Positions 1-12,935 of a stretch of 64,000 nt of DNA are shown piece by piece. Position 1 is the first letter of the stretch, and every line of letters begins with the position of its first letter. A program made the position numbers and the translations under genes. The notes below the pieces were generated by a model, which ran no database searches, was not told where the DNA came from, and saw only the letters and a list, made by a program, of their open reading frames with translations. Location of the stretch: the NCBI GenBank assembly GCA_013239625.1, contig MU053487.1:1259058-1323057 (forward strand), written 5' to 3'. This DNA is from Lama guanicoe. Taxonomy: Eukaryota.

Positions 1-189
1 AATTGGAGGAGGACCTTAGAGATTGCATAGATTGAGCTCCATGTCTTTCAAGAAGGAGACTCAGAGAAGTTAAATGGTATATGATCTCAAGCGTATTCAT
101 GGTCTTGATCACCAAATGAATACCAACAAGTAAGAAACAACTATGGCTTTAGCAGTAACTTCTTCTCTATGTTTCAAAAACTTCTATCT

Positions 190-838
190 AAGTCCTTTGT
201 GAGTATCTTCTTCAGGATGTCCCAATGATACTCAAATACCTAAAACTGACCTTAATATCTTCTCTTATCTTCAATTTTTTTTAGCTCTTATATTTGACTA
301 GAGCAGTTCTTATCCCAATACATCCACACTTTGAAACCCCAACCCCAGTTTTGTCTCTGAATCATCTTTTTCTTATATCCAGTTGATCGTTAATCTCCGC
401 CAATATTCTCCGCAAGTATTTCTCAATTTATCTTCTCTTCCCAATCTCCTCTCACTCAACTTTAATTTACTCCCATTTACTCCTCTACAACATGAGTTTA
501 TTGTATAACTTTCTAATTATCTCTCTTTGTCCAAACTGTACCATCCAGTCCATCCCATGCATTGCGGTAACAATGACCTTTTTGTGACTTCACTCCTCAA
601 AATTAAAGTCCACACTTCTTAGCGTGATTTTTCATGCTATTACTCTACCTGCTTTTCTATCCAGACCCTTTACTTATCTGTGCATGTATTATCCTCATGA
701 CATCCTGACCTGTTAGAAGTTTTTCAAACATGCCATGCCCACTCATACATCCCTTTTTGAGTTAGTCACCATTCTATTCTAAGCCCCTTAGCTGAATCTG
801 TGGCACATGATAAGGTCTCAATCAATATTTGTAGAACT
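190..838 (+). mobile_element. L2 LINE, degraded 3' portion
   Basis: Pyrimidine-rich L2-like body ending in TGGCACATGATAAGGTCTCAATCAATATTTGTAGAA, resembling the L2 3' terminus; boundaries approximate. Confidence 0.65.
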
Positions 839-1064
839 TAAAGTAGACAGGAGTGGGGAAGATATGTCTTGAAGATTGTGGTTCTTTTCATTACATTGTG
901 TTACCAACTTGGTGGACAGCAGTGTTTGCAGTCACTTATGAAGAACATTCAACTCAATTCTCAGTACCCAGAGGTATAACATTCAAATTTTCAAATTATC
1001 TAGATCGTTTTGTCCCTCTTGCCTTGCTTTGCCATGCCTGCCTTGGGGTATTTTATTTATTGTC

Positions 1065-1312
1065 AATGAGAGAAGGCATGGTATAATATAATGTACATTG
1101 TATTTTTGTCATGTTGGCCATTGATTCAAGTCTCAGTGCTCATGCCCATAAGCTGTGTGATCTTAGACATGTAGAGAAACATATTTGAGTGTTTGTTTTC
1201 TTATTAGCAAAATGACATAATGACAATTACTTCATAAGTTTATTTAGAAATGAAGAATAACAGCATATGTAAAGCATGTAGTACACCAAGTGCACTCAGT
1301 CAGTGTTTGCTT
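1065..1312 (+). mobile_element. MIR SINE
   Basis: GATTCAAGTCTCAGTGCT...AGCTGTGTGATCTTAGACA...GTAAAGCATGTAGTAC matches the MIR core and tail. Confidence 0.7.
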
Positions 1313-3019
1313 TCCTTTTTTTTTTTTATTGTTTTGTGGCCACAGTCTAGTTTGGACTGAGATATATTTGAAACTCTGAACCAAGTCTTATCTGAGAAGA
1401 TGTTTAGACAACTGCCAAAAGCAGAATATCAAAATATATGGCTTTCAATTATTCATTCTCTTTCATCTTTTACATTGCTTGAGGTATTCAGATATTGTCT
1501 GCATCACCAAATACACATTAAGTTGATAAATTGAGAGTGAAGGAATGTTACCGTAGAGCAGGATGAGCTCGTCTGCAATGCTGTCTAATGTGGCCTGAGA
1601 GAGGGATGCTTGGTAAAGGGCACTGGGTGTAATTATGGAAACTGGAGGTTTCATCCCAGGACTACTACCTGAATTTGGACAAGTTACCCATATTTGCAAG
1701 GACTATATTCTTTATCCATATAGTAAAGCAACAGAGTAGGTGACAGTTGGTGGGAGGAGTCTTATATAACTCAAACATTTAAAAAAACTCTAATTCTTTT
1801 AGTGCTTGTCAGATAGAGCCAAAATCATAAAAGCCATAAACAGATTGTTTATTTTTAAATGATTAATTTATAATAGGATAACACTGTAACTATTATGGAG
1901 GATTTTCTCTCTCCTTGACAAAGATATTTTAGCTTACAAGGAATGCTTTATTAGTTATCCTTTTGTGTATATTAAATCATTGATCTAAACTAAATTAAAA
2001 TGTGATGCTAGGGGCGAAAAGTTTCCCAGAGAAAAGATGCTGACTGAGTCATTTTTTAATGTGATTGGGAATAAATTTCTTAATGTAATTAAGAAGAAAG
2101 TACTTTATGTAGAACATTTTGCCACAGCTTTATTTGGTCCATTTCCCAATTTTAAAAAGGAAAACACATTAAAGCTAAAATGAACGGACCATAATACATG
2201 CCCTATGCCCATTGGAATGATGAATGGGCTCCAAGAAGAAATAGCCAATGTCCACAATAGGCTTGTGATGACAGAGTGAGGTCTTGGTTCTTTTTGTGGC
2301 CAATAGAAGTGAAAGTGTCTAATGATCCCCTCTAACAAATGAGTCATTTTCATTATCTGTCAGTATTCTTTTGTTTTCTCCTCTTAACATTGTTCTATTC
2401 AACTTGGTTCCCCAGTTTTATAATTAGAAGTCCTTTAATATGAGTAGAGGGGAAAGAGAAAAATCTGAAAAGGGGATACATTTGTAAAGGCAAGAATTGC
2501 CTTTCAGAAAATTTAGGAAATGATTCCTCTTTGCAGTAGAGAAGGAAAGCATTGTGATTGAGTGATCATGGGTATGTCTGAATATAATGAAAGATACTTT
2601 TTCTTGTTAAACAATGTAGCTTTTCAGAGTATTAAATATAGCTCTCATGCCCTCCAGCCAACAAAGTGCCATTTGGGTGCACCTTGTGATGTGCAGTAAG
2701 CTCGTTCCTGGGCAGGACATAAAGCAAGGGAGTCCTGATGAGGCAGCGTGAGTAAAGGAAGGAGACCTAGTCAAGGGCTTGCCCTGAAGTTGTGTGGCCA
2801 TTAGGCCAAAAGCCACACCCAAAGAAGCATTGTGATACTGGACTTTGGGAGCTGTTACAAAGCAGAGCCAGCCTGAGTGAAAGAGGGCCAGGGCATTTTC
2901 AGAGAGAATCAGTCATTGAAGTTATTAGGTGATAATGCATGGTGCTGGATCTTCTCATTAGAGAACGATCCAGTCGAGTCCTATCCTGTACCAAAATGGA
3001 AGAGGAGAATGAATCCCCA

Positions 3020-3200
3020 TGGAAACGCGCTGGTCATTAAGCTATTTTCTCTCAGCTCCAAACCCACCCTTTTATACTCTGCTCTGTGATGCAAAGGCTA
3101 AGAATTGCGAATCCCATTTCTCGTTTGGAAACTGGGTTTGCGTCAGAGTCTGGCAATAGAGACTCAAGAGGAAGACCAAGAGTCTGGCTGAATTAAAGGG
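3020..3200. mobile_element. ERVL-class LTR fragment (LTR33-like)
   Basis: CTCAGCTCCAAACCCACCCTTTTATACTCTGCTCTGTGATGC resembles the recalled LTR33 consensus. Confidence 0.55.
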
Positions 3201-3376
3201 TTAAATGCAGGGTTATCAATAAGCACACGGGGCACTTTAGCTTGACTGGAATAGCACAATGAAGAGACTTCTTTTTTTTTCTTTTCTTTACTTTTTTCAT
3301 TTGGGAGTTAAAACTATGCTGCCAATGCTCTGTGCAAACGGAGGAGAGGTATATTATTCTACATAACTCACCTTTT

Positions 3377-3378
3377 TT

Positions 3379-3414
<36 letters not shown>

Positions 3415-3532
3415 ATCTTATAGTAACTTACATTGAAAAAGATTATGAGAACGAATATACATATGTTCATGCATGACTGAAGCACTGTGCTGTACACCAA
3501 GAATTGACACAACATTGTAAACTGTACTTCAG
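3377..3532. mobile_element. Short lineage-specific L1 3'-end insertion with (TA)14, probably internally inverted
   Basis: 3409-3532 is L1 3' UTR in + sense (CATGACTGAAGCACTGTGCTGTACACCAAGAATTGACACAACATTGTAAAC); TTTTTTGG(TA)14 at the left; flanked by imperfect direct repeats TACATAACTCACCTTTT (3360-3376) and TACATACTCACTTTT (3533-3547). Confidence 0.8.
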
Positions 3533-4089
3533 TACATACTCACTTTTGATTAAACAACCTTCCGGCCTGTTTCTCACTCCCAGTCTCCACCAGACATGCC
3601 ATGCTGGGTCCAGAGACTCTCTTGGTCTAGGATGAACATGTCTTAGGCCTCTTTTGTGGCTTCTTCATTCTGACTTTCTCCCATCAGTCATCATCCTCCC
3701 ACTCCATTCTCTCTCTATAGACCAGAATTTTGTTGAACTGCCTCACCTGTTCCTGATTTCAATTCTCTTTACCATTGTGGGTTTATCCATTTTGAAAACT
3801 CCAGACTTTTGTTTCATTTGAATCTGAGTGTGAACAAGAGGTGAATATGTATGTGCTCTCTCCTCCCTCTTAAACCTTAAGTTTTAAATCTTTTTTAAAT
3901 AAAGCATTACAATTTACAATTGACATTGATTTTTGCTTCCAAGTCTTATTCACTAAGTAGAAAAGAATTTGATGATGTCTTCTTTGATTTTTCAATGCCA
4001 TCACATTGTTTTAGATTAAATTTATTGTTACTATTTATTCAGAAATTGCAGATAGGATTTACTGTCTGTGCAAGAAAAAATATGTAAAG

Positions 4090-4265
4090 ACAGTGTAATG
4101 GAATAAGCAGTAACCTCAGATATACCTTTTTATTTGAGGTTCACTTGTCACCTGTTCTTTGACCTTAGCAAGTCACTCATCTTCTCTGAACCACCGATTT
4201 TCTCACCTATAAAGTGAGAATAATGATTCTTATCTCACAGACTCATCATAAAAATTCAAATAGAT
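4090..4265 (+). mobile_element. MIR SINE
   Basis: GACCTTAGCAAGTCACTCATCTTCTCTGAACC...TTTTCTCACCTATAAAGTGAGAATAATGA is MIR core. Confidence 0.7.
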
Positions 4266-4615
4266 TTTATATATATATATTTTTGAGCAACTCAATTACC
4301 AGCAAACCAGGAAATTTTGAAAGAGAGTATATTCATTAAGATCATATAGGGAGACCATTTTTATGGTAAAATTATAGATAGAAAACGATAAATGTGATAC
4401 TAACCAAACATCCATTTTTTTAACTTGAGAAAATGAAGGCTTAGAAAACTTAAATGCACAATTTTCTGTATACAAGAAGTCTTTAGTGGGGATGGAAGAA
4501 GAAGCAGTTGCCTAAGAAATCGGAAAAGGCATCATCATTTGTGATGATTTGGAAAAAGAAGTTCTGTGGTTCAAGAAAAGAGGAAGAGCCAGCCACATAG
4601 CTCTAACTACATGAG

Positions 4616-5135
4616 TGTTTTTGGCAGAATAACACCACCCCCAACCCCACTCCCAGCATCTCAAAGATGTCCGTGTCCTAGTCCCTGGGACCCATAAATA
4701 TGTTCTATTATATTGCAGAGATATCTTTACAGATGTAACTAAGGTTATGAATCTTAAAATAGGGCCATTATCCTGGATTAACCCACGTTACCTAATCATA
4801 TGAGAATTTAAAATCAGAGTACTTTTTCCTGGCTAATAGCAGAGAGATGCAGCGGAAATAGTCAGAGAGACGACCAATGTGACTAAGGATCTCAGTCGTA
4901 CAACATGAAGCCAACCACTTGAATAAGCTTGGAAATGGATTCTTGCCCTAAGTCTCCAGAAAGGAATGCAGCCCTGCCAATGCCTTGATTTGCCCTTAAG
5001 ACTCTAATCAGAGTATCTGGCCTGGCTGAGCCTGCCTGGACTTCTGACCTGCCAAACTGTCAACTAACCAGTGGATGATGCTTTAGGCCAGTACATGTCT
5101 GGTATTTTGCTATGCAGAGATAGAAAACTAATACA
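4616..5135 (+). mobile_element. MaLR solo LTR (MLT1 family)
   Basis: TG...GGCAGAATAAC...CAAAGATGTCCGTGTCCTAGTCCCTGGGACC start, CTCCAGAAAGGAATGCAGCCCTGCCAATGCCTTGATTT internal, ...ATAGAAAACTAATACA end. Confidence 0.85.
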
Positions 5136-6524
5136 ACAAGAAAGAGGGCAGAATGTGTATGGCAGGTTCTGGGTCTGGAGAAGAACCCATTCTAGTTTAG
5201 GTAGAACAGTGCGTCAAAGGAGAAATTTCCAATGACCAGACATATATATGGAGGGGAGGGGGATTTTTATCATCATCTTGTTAACAATGGAAAACTCTAA
5301 AGAATTTAGAAGGGAGGAGGAATGAGATCAGAACTTAGTGAAAGGAAACTGTTGTCAGTGAGTCAGCTACTATACAGTTTTCTGGAAAATACAGATAAAT
5401 TCCTAATGTATCGGTCTTCCATAAAGCACAGTCTTTATGTTAAACTACAGCTGCGTATTTACTCACTCGGCCTCAGTTGTCTTACCTGAAAGTGGGTTTA
5501 AAAATTAATACCTAATTCTTAGGGTGATGGTGAACATTAAATGAGATGATACATATTCATCTCTTAAGGTGATTGAATTACATGCTATGCTAAGTGCAAA
5601 TCTTGTATCAATGTGCTGACCCCCAGAGAGCACTAAATGGAGATGAGAAACAAGCATCTTTATTTCAACAACTCCTACAGCTGATTAGAGGCAAAGTATG
5701 GCTACACCTGGCTATCTTGACATGCTGTCACCACCTTTCACCACATACGATTCCCAGCCTCCAGAAGAATGAACTGTCCTTTCCATTTCTTAAAATAGCC
5801 GACTTTTCTTAAAATAGATTCTCCAGTGACTCAAGGTGTCTCATGAAGTGGAAGCTACTTTTCTTACTGAAAACTGGCTCAGAAAAATGATGGCACATTC
5901 TTTCTCAGATAGGACTCACTCAACAATTCTAAGAAGTTTACTCACTTTTTGAAAGATTTACTTCTCTCCTGTCTATTGGCAATTTGCATCGTGTCTCAAA
6001 GCGTTAATTAAAATATCTTCGCCAAATATCTTTTGTTAATGAGCTGTTTTTCAAGTTCGAATGGTGGAGTTCTTACCACTAGAGAACCTAGACTTTGCAC
6101 CACAGCTGGAGTGTATGAGAAAAAGCAGATTCACAAAGACACAAAGCTCTGACCACTGGGAGCATCAAATATGCTGTTTTCTGAAAGGAAAAATAGCTGC
6201 AGTGTGGGCCTTGAAGTATATATTCAAAATATTTCTAAGTCATTTTTGAACTATTTTAAATGAATTATTTCCAGGATGTTAGTCATGGATTTCATTTCTT
6301 AAAATATACATATGGAAGAGGGAATAACACTGCTTATTTTAGGATAAGGAGATAATTTGGGATGAGTGGTGCATCCATCCCTTGGATGTTGATGCTTTAG
6401 AAGAATGCCAGGAGGGTGTGCAGAGCTTTATAAATGTAGACCTTCTTTACATGCTTTAAAAAAATTCCTAGGGGTGTAAAATTTTCCAACATAATAAATT
6501 AAATTTTGGTCTCATTTTCTTGTC

Positions 6525-7200
6525 TATTTTGATTGTATTTATTTATTCATAACCTGACTTGTTCAGAAATAATTCAGTGTGTCTTATAAAAATGCATACC
6601 TTAGAGCAGAATGGAAAATAGAGGGAGAAGTGAAAAAGTTTGAAATAAAGGGAAAAATAAAGAAAGGAAAGCAGAGCCAGCTGACAGATAAGCAACCATT
6701 TCAAAGCTTATATGCTTTGCTCAAGGTGCCACAGGTTTGAATGTAAACTTAGCTCACAAACAGCAGCTCCTTCCTTGTTTTGAGACCTTAGGTAAGTTTC
6801 TTCCATGGGTCATTGTGAACAGAACACTGTACAAAGCCATGAGCACAATTCCCAACAATTTCTGTACATTGAACACATTGCATAGCGCTGGTTCTTTTGA
6901 TTTTCATGAATACATGTAAGTGGTATATCAATACATATTTCAACAAACAATTTCTTCAGTGGTCTGATATGATGCTGCCTGTATTATCCAGGGGATAGTA
7001 TTTTAGAAGAATTAGAAGAATGGATGGATGTCCATCTACCAACCCCATTCTCCATTAAAGCTCTTCTCTTAGATGACTTTTTGAAGGCCTTGAGCAGTGA
7101 GGAGTTCAATATTGTGCTCTCAGAGAGGTTCCTCTGTGCCTGCTTCAATCATCTGAGTCAGGGAGAAGACTGACCTGCTCTTGGGGATCACAAGGATTCG
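6525..7200 (-). mobile_element. Ancient LINE, probably L4 (RTE-X)
   Basis: TATTTATTTATTCATAACCTGACTTGTTCAGAAAT start and downstream text resemble the recalled reverse-strand L4_Mam 3' end; family uncertain. Confidence 0.45.
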
Positions 7201-7269
7201 GTGTTATAAATGCAGTCTTAAATTCACAGTTCTCTCCCTACTTACTTAGTAAGAGAATTGCTTTATAAA

Positions 7270-7790
7270 TCAGTTCACTTATTAAAAACAAATATTTATT
7301 GAGGCTCTATTAGCCTGTCCAGACAGTTTTTCTGGAGGTCACAATGATTTTAAAATAAATCTAATTCAAGACCTCAAAGATTTCAGGTTTGGGGAGGGAC
7401 TGTACACAGAATGAGTTATACAAGGAGAAATTGATGCGTGCCAGAGAGCAAGGAGGGGTACATTGTTTTGTACATTTCAAGGAGAGTTAAAAAGAAATGG
7501 TGTACATATCAAATGGTGTACAAATGGTGTACAGTAGGAAGATAATGTATAGAAGAAGACTAAAGGTGGGAAAAAGTTGGAAAAATAAGAACGAGAACAA
7601 AGAGGTTGTGATGTTTCAGATCATAAGGTAATGGGAACCTTTGAGAAATAAGCAGAGTCTTCGGTGTCAACAAGCTGCAGAGGTAAAGGAGGGAAAACTG
7701 AGGAACCACCATTGCCTGTGATGATAAGGAACCTTCTTGGATGTCAGTGTTCAGCAACGGAACAGCTAACAAGAGAGGGATGTTTGCCAT
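7270..7790 (-). mobile_element. L2 LINE fragment
   Basis: AAACAAATATTTATTGAGG (reverse L2 3' end) followed by purine-rich L2-like body. Confidence 0.55.
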
Positions 7791-7799
7791 TTAAAATGA

Positions 7800-9200
7800 T
7801 TTTATTGTATTTCTTTTTAAATAAAATTAATTATTTTCATCATATAATAGGTAGCCTTCTCAGACAGACTTCTTTTACTTAGCAGTATGCATTTAAGTCT
7901 CTTCCATGTCTTTTCATGGTTTGATAGCACTTTTCTTTTTACTTTTTTTTCTATTGAAGTATAGTTGGTTTACAATGTGTTAGTGTCTGATGCACAGCAT
8001 AGTGTTTCAATTATGTTCACTTTTTCATATTCACTTTCATTATAGGTTATTACAAGTTTTTCAATATAATTCCCTGTGCTATATACAGTAGGACCTTGTT
8101 GTTTATCTGTTTTATATATAGTAGTTTGCATCTGCTAATGCTAAATGCCCTATGTATTTCTCCTTCCTTCCTTTCCCCTTTGATAACCATAAATTTGTTT
8201 TCTATGTCTGTGAGTCTTTTTCTATTTTGTAAATAAGTTCATTTGTGTCATTTTTTTAGATTCCACATTTAAGTGATGTCATATGATACTTGTTTTTCTC
8301 TGACTGACTTCACTGAGTATGATAATCTCTAGGTCCATCCATGTTGCTGTAAATGGCATTATTTCATTCTTTTTATGGCTGCATAGTATTCCATCATTGT
8401 TGTTTTCTTTTTATTGCTGAATCATATTCCATTGTCCATAGGCACCACAGTTTATCTACTCACCTACTGTAGGGTAGCTAAGTTGCTTTCAAGTTTTGAC
8501 AACTATAAATAAAGCTCTTATAAATATTAATATGCAGGGTTTTGTGTGAAGATAAGTTTGCTACTCATTTGAGTAAATATGAAGGAGTATTTAAGGGTTC
8601 TTTGTATATTTTGTCTATAAATCCTTTATCAGATATGTATTTTGTAAATATTTTCTCCTGGACTATGGAGATTGCCTTTTCATTCTCTGAACAGTGTTGT
8701 TTGCAGAGCAGAGATTTTTTTTTTAAATTAAGTCCAATTTTTCAATTATTTCTTTCTTAGGTTATGCATTTAGTGTCATAGTGAAAAAGTCATTGCCAAA
8801 CCTATTTCCTGGATTTTCTCCTCTGTTAACCTTTTAAAAATTATAATTTTGCAGTTTACATCACGATGTGTGGTCAGTTTTGAGTTAATTTTTGTGAAGG
8901 GTGTAAAGTCTGTGTCTAGCTTCTTTTGTTTGTTCTTGCATGAATGGTCAGGTGTCCCAGCACTATTTGTTGAAATGACTATCCTTTATCTGTTGAATTT
9001 CCTTTGCTCCTCTGTCAAGTCAACAACCAATGGACTAGATTAGCATGGCCCTACTTCTGGGCACTCTATTCTGTTCCACTGATCTATTTGCCTATTCTTT
9101 TCCGATGAGACACTTTCTCGATTACTGTAGCTTTATAATAAGCATTGAAGTTTAGGAGTGTCAGTCCTCCAACTTTGTTGTTCCTAGTATTATTTTGGCT
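7800..9200 (-). mobile_element. Old L1 (L1MC-like) interrupted by a younger L1
   Basis: GTCTTTTCATGGTTTGATAGC...[insert]...TTTCTTTTTATTGCTGAATCATATTCCATTG continues the L1MC-type 3' UTR across the insert; reverse ORF2-like sequence at 8590-9190. Confidence 0.8.
7943..8396 (-). mobile_element. Younger L1 3' end nested in the L1MC-like element
   Basis: T-tract then ATTGAAGTATAGTTGGTTTACAATGTGTTAG...TCTAGGTCCATCCATGTTGCTGTAAATGGC; TTTTCTTTTTA repeated on both flanks. Confidence 0.85.
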
Positions 9201-11149
9201 GCATAGGTCTCCTGCTCATGGTTTCAGCTCAGACCTTGTTAAGTTCTATTAATTCAAATGTATAACTCATTATGCTTTCAATCTTTTAGAAATTCCCCAG
9301 GATGACACTCTTGCATTCATTTTCTGTTGACCAGCTTTATAACAGATATAAATTTTTCTGAAGTACTCCTTCTGTCATTTCTCATGATTTTATGTAGGAG
9401 GCAGGTAGATATGTTCTCATTCTGTTCTCTTGATCCAATTTCTGCTTTATTCTCTAAAGAAACTCTCATGTCAAATTAAAATGCAATTATTTTCTTATCT
9501 TGATAATACCCTGTAATTTCTCTAATGCAGTTTCAGAGGAATGATAAAAGCAAATGGGTATTGCTTCTCCTAAAAGAGCTGTAAACCAAGGGGAACAGAG
9601 TTGCATATGTCAAGGATTTAACATTGATACATTTTATGCCATCTTGAATTCCACCAGGAAGCATCCTCCTTCCTCAATGAGTTTCCTGGGACCAGCCATT
9701 TCAATTAAGTTGTTTATATTACCAAGCCCATTTGTACAAGCGCATGCTTAGCTGCCCTGCATGATAGCATAATGGACGGGTTAAATGACGGAGATAAAGT
9801 TTTCTCTCTAGCGGAGTCCTTGTGTGTGTGCCATAGACTTAGACACACATAAACTCCCTTCAAGACTGGATGGACATTACCTGTACATTCCTTCAAGACA
9901 GCGTTAGTATCACATACTAGAGAAGACAATGTTTCTCCCCCTCAGACTAGATATGTCTCCTCCCATTGTGCTGTGAGCACTCTCTTATTCCAGTGTCTCT
10001 GGCTCACATCGCCCTGTACTGTATTTTTTTTCTCTGTTTCACATTTTTCATCCCCTCATCTTCCACTGAATCTGATTTATTTGAGGACAAGAATGGTGGA
10101 TGCTCTATCCATTTTCATCTTTCAGTGAGGACGTACAGTGGTCTGTCATGAAGTATTATGGGCTCAGTAGATGTATTTTTAATATTGATACATGTACACA
10201 TATACACACACAGAGATAGTTATTGAGACATAATGTTAACTACAGAGAAAATAAATGCAGTTGTCAGAGTGAACAGTCCTATCTTGCTTGACCCTCTGTA
10301 TACTCAAAAGTTAGTTGTTTCTAGATATTATCAGTATGTATTTACACAAGAATATCTCCTGGATTCTCATATAAAGCATACACACATTTCAGCTACAATG
10401 AGTGGTTTATCTTTATAATTTAATATATATTTGTTATAAATTTTATAGTATCTCTATAAAGTTGATATTATAAATATATAAACATGCACACATGTATCAG
10501 GTTGCACCTGTATTTATATATGTGTACATACAGTGCACATATAGTATTTATAAATATAAAGAGTGATTAGAAGAGGGAAAAAGAGAAAAAATGTTTCTTA
10601 TTACTTAATTACTATTAGAAATTCGGTGTTGATGACTTGAAAAGTTTGTGTTTTTTGGTTGTTTTGATGTTTTGTTATAGTGTGTGGATGTGTGTTTCTT
10701 TTCAAGAATCAAGGATTGATAGAGTAAGAAAGAAACATTGTGGACTTCAGGACCATGGGACTTTTATATGTATTGTAAAGCATATATCACATGTATTTAC
10801 AAATGCATGTGGTTTGGTCCACTGTTCATCAGGTTTTGCTTTGTTTTAGGCATGGAGCCAGGTGCTTCATTAAAATGAATCCAAAAAGAGATCCTTGTAT
10901 AGTATTTGCTGACTAGTCTCAAAAAATCCAATATCTATATAAAGCAAATATATAGATTGGGAGGCAAATGAGAAGAAGCAAAAGAAGTGGAGCAGGAGTA
11001 TTATTTCTTTTGAGAATCGAAGAGGAAAAGGTACTCATATAGATTTGGTGTTTGAAAACACACCCTTCAAACAAATACATCTAGACCTGTTAGTGTTTAG
11101 TTTAAACGAATATACCTATGATAATCTCTGAATTAGACTCAAATCATGC

Positions 11150-12300
11150 CTCAGAAAGGCTCAGTAAACCTAAAAATGGGTGACAGTGAATTGACTTCAG
11201 CCTTTATCTCAGTGCCTTTAAGGCATGGACCTCTACTGTTAGGTTCAACTGTCTTGATACGAATTATAAATGAGCCTTCTGTTTGTAGATAGAAACATCC
11301 AGTAATTTCCCCAAAGTTTTCCTACGGTTTTGATGGTCATTATGATTGTCCAGTCTAATAAAGAAGTTACATTCATGCGTTAACAATATGATGCATGGGA
11401 CCTACTGAAGATCTGGAGGGCAGTGCGTGTCACAACCATAGTGTTACGCATGTGGAAGAGCTATAGAAATGACACAAGCTTGTAATACAAAACAAACAGA
11501 ACTTTGAAAGTAAAGCAACTGTCATAACAATGCATCAGTTTAACATACCGCGTACATAACTTAGAGCAAAATGTGTGTGAGGAAGGATTGTGAAACCATG
11601 TACTTATGTACTGGACACTACATATTTCTTTGTTCTTAGTGTTAGTTCTTTGTTGTTGAGATTCTATAATTAATTAGCCATCTTTAGTGTCAGTGACTCT
11701 TGACATCATAGCTGTAGAGACTACAGCTACCACAGTGATTTTGAAGGATGCTAGTGTTCCCTTTGATACCTTTGTTATGAGAGGGTCCTTTGCATCCTCC
11801 AATGGGGCATGTTGGACAAATGGTTATGTAGGTCTTACATGACAAATTCCTGTTACCCAGAACCTTGACTTCCTTCCTCTATTTTTTGTCATGGGAGTTG
11901 TGGCACCTCATCATCTTTCATGTAGGAAACCATGTTGTAGTCAACTAACTAAGCAAACTGTTAGAACCACTTCCAACTGTGTAGCTAATCGTTAATTATT
12001 TAATTTAATCATCTTCTATATATAATCCTATTTCTATACATTCATCCAAATCCAACGTTATATCTTCTTTGACATGACATCCTTAGAATATCCCTAGAAT
12101 ACATTTTCACACATCTACCACAGATTTCTACAATATATGTTAACACAATCTTGTAATTCTTTTGATATTCAAGCCATCTTTTTCTAGGACAGACTTTGTA
12201 CATTTCCCTCTTGGGTATGCTAGAATCTGTCTTAAATTAGACTCTCAATTCAACAGTGGGTGCCAGAGGTTCATCATGAGGAAAATAGACATTTCTTTAC
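11150..12300 (-). mobile_element. Decayed ERV-L-type internal segment (gag remnant)
   Basis: Reverse strand of ~12030-12170 resembles ERV-L gag 'ELQDFANLYRQKPGEYVWEWILRV..GRNIKLDQAEF'; 11700-11810 resembles the later gag 'EGPEDIPFT..GAPASLKSSV' block; many stops. Confidence 0.6.
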
Positions 12301-12827
12301 AAAGTATTTGTTTCATATAAAGTTATCATGAGTCTTGAAACAAGAGAAGGCTGTTTTACTCAGACCTGGTAAGGGAGGCTCGGGGGCTATTTGAGGACTC
12401 AAATGTCCCCAATCCTTCCCAGTCAGTGTCACGATTTTCACAAAAAAGGATTTTTGGGACTGTGAATTCAATATGTGTTTAAAATTTAAGTATGCGTTAT
12501 GAAGCTTGTGATCTGATTTTCAGCTATGTTTGTATTGTATGTACTACTGAAATGATATTATTTTGAGGATTCCATAAAAGCAAAAATCCTTGCAGTCAGC
12601 ATCTTATAACAGTCAAAGATAACACAAAGTTGGCATTGCAAAATTTTGTCTCAATGTGCACTTTTTCTCAAGAACACACAGGTGGTAATATAATTGTTAT
12701 GTTTTTGCATGTTGTGAATTTCCCCAGTATCTTATTTTCTAATGGCATCAAGTCTCAATTGAATTTATTCTAATCATTTTATTATCTAATCCAGGATCCC
12801 ATCTTTGAAACTCCTGGTACTAAGTAG

Positions 12828-12935
12828 CCTATCAGTCAGGGTCATAATTAATACAGAAACAAGTCCAGGTGTTTCAAACAGAAGGAATTTAATATGTGGA
12901 CTTCATCACACACTTGTTGAGTACGTGAAAGAACA
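12828..12935. mobile_element. ERVL-class LTR terminus fragment
   Basis: TATCAGTCAGGGTC...CAGAAACAAGTCCAGGTGTTTCAAACAGAAGGAATTTAATA is typical of LTR33/40/41-type ends. Confidence 0.5.
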
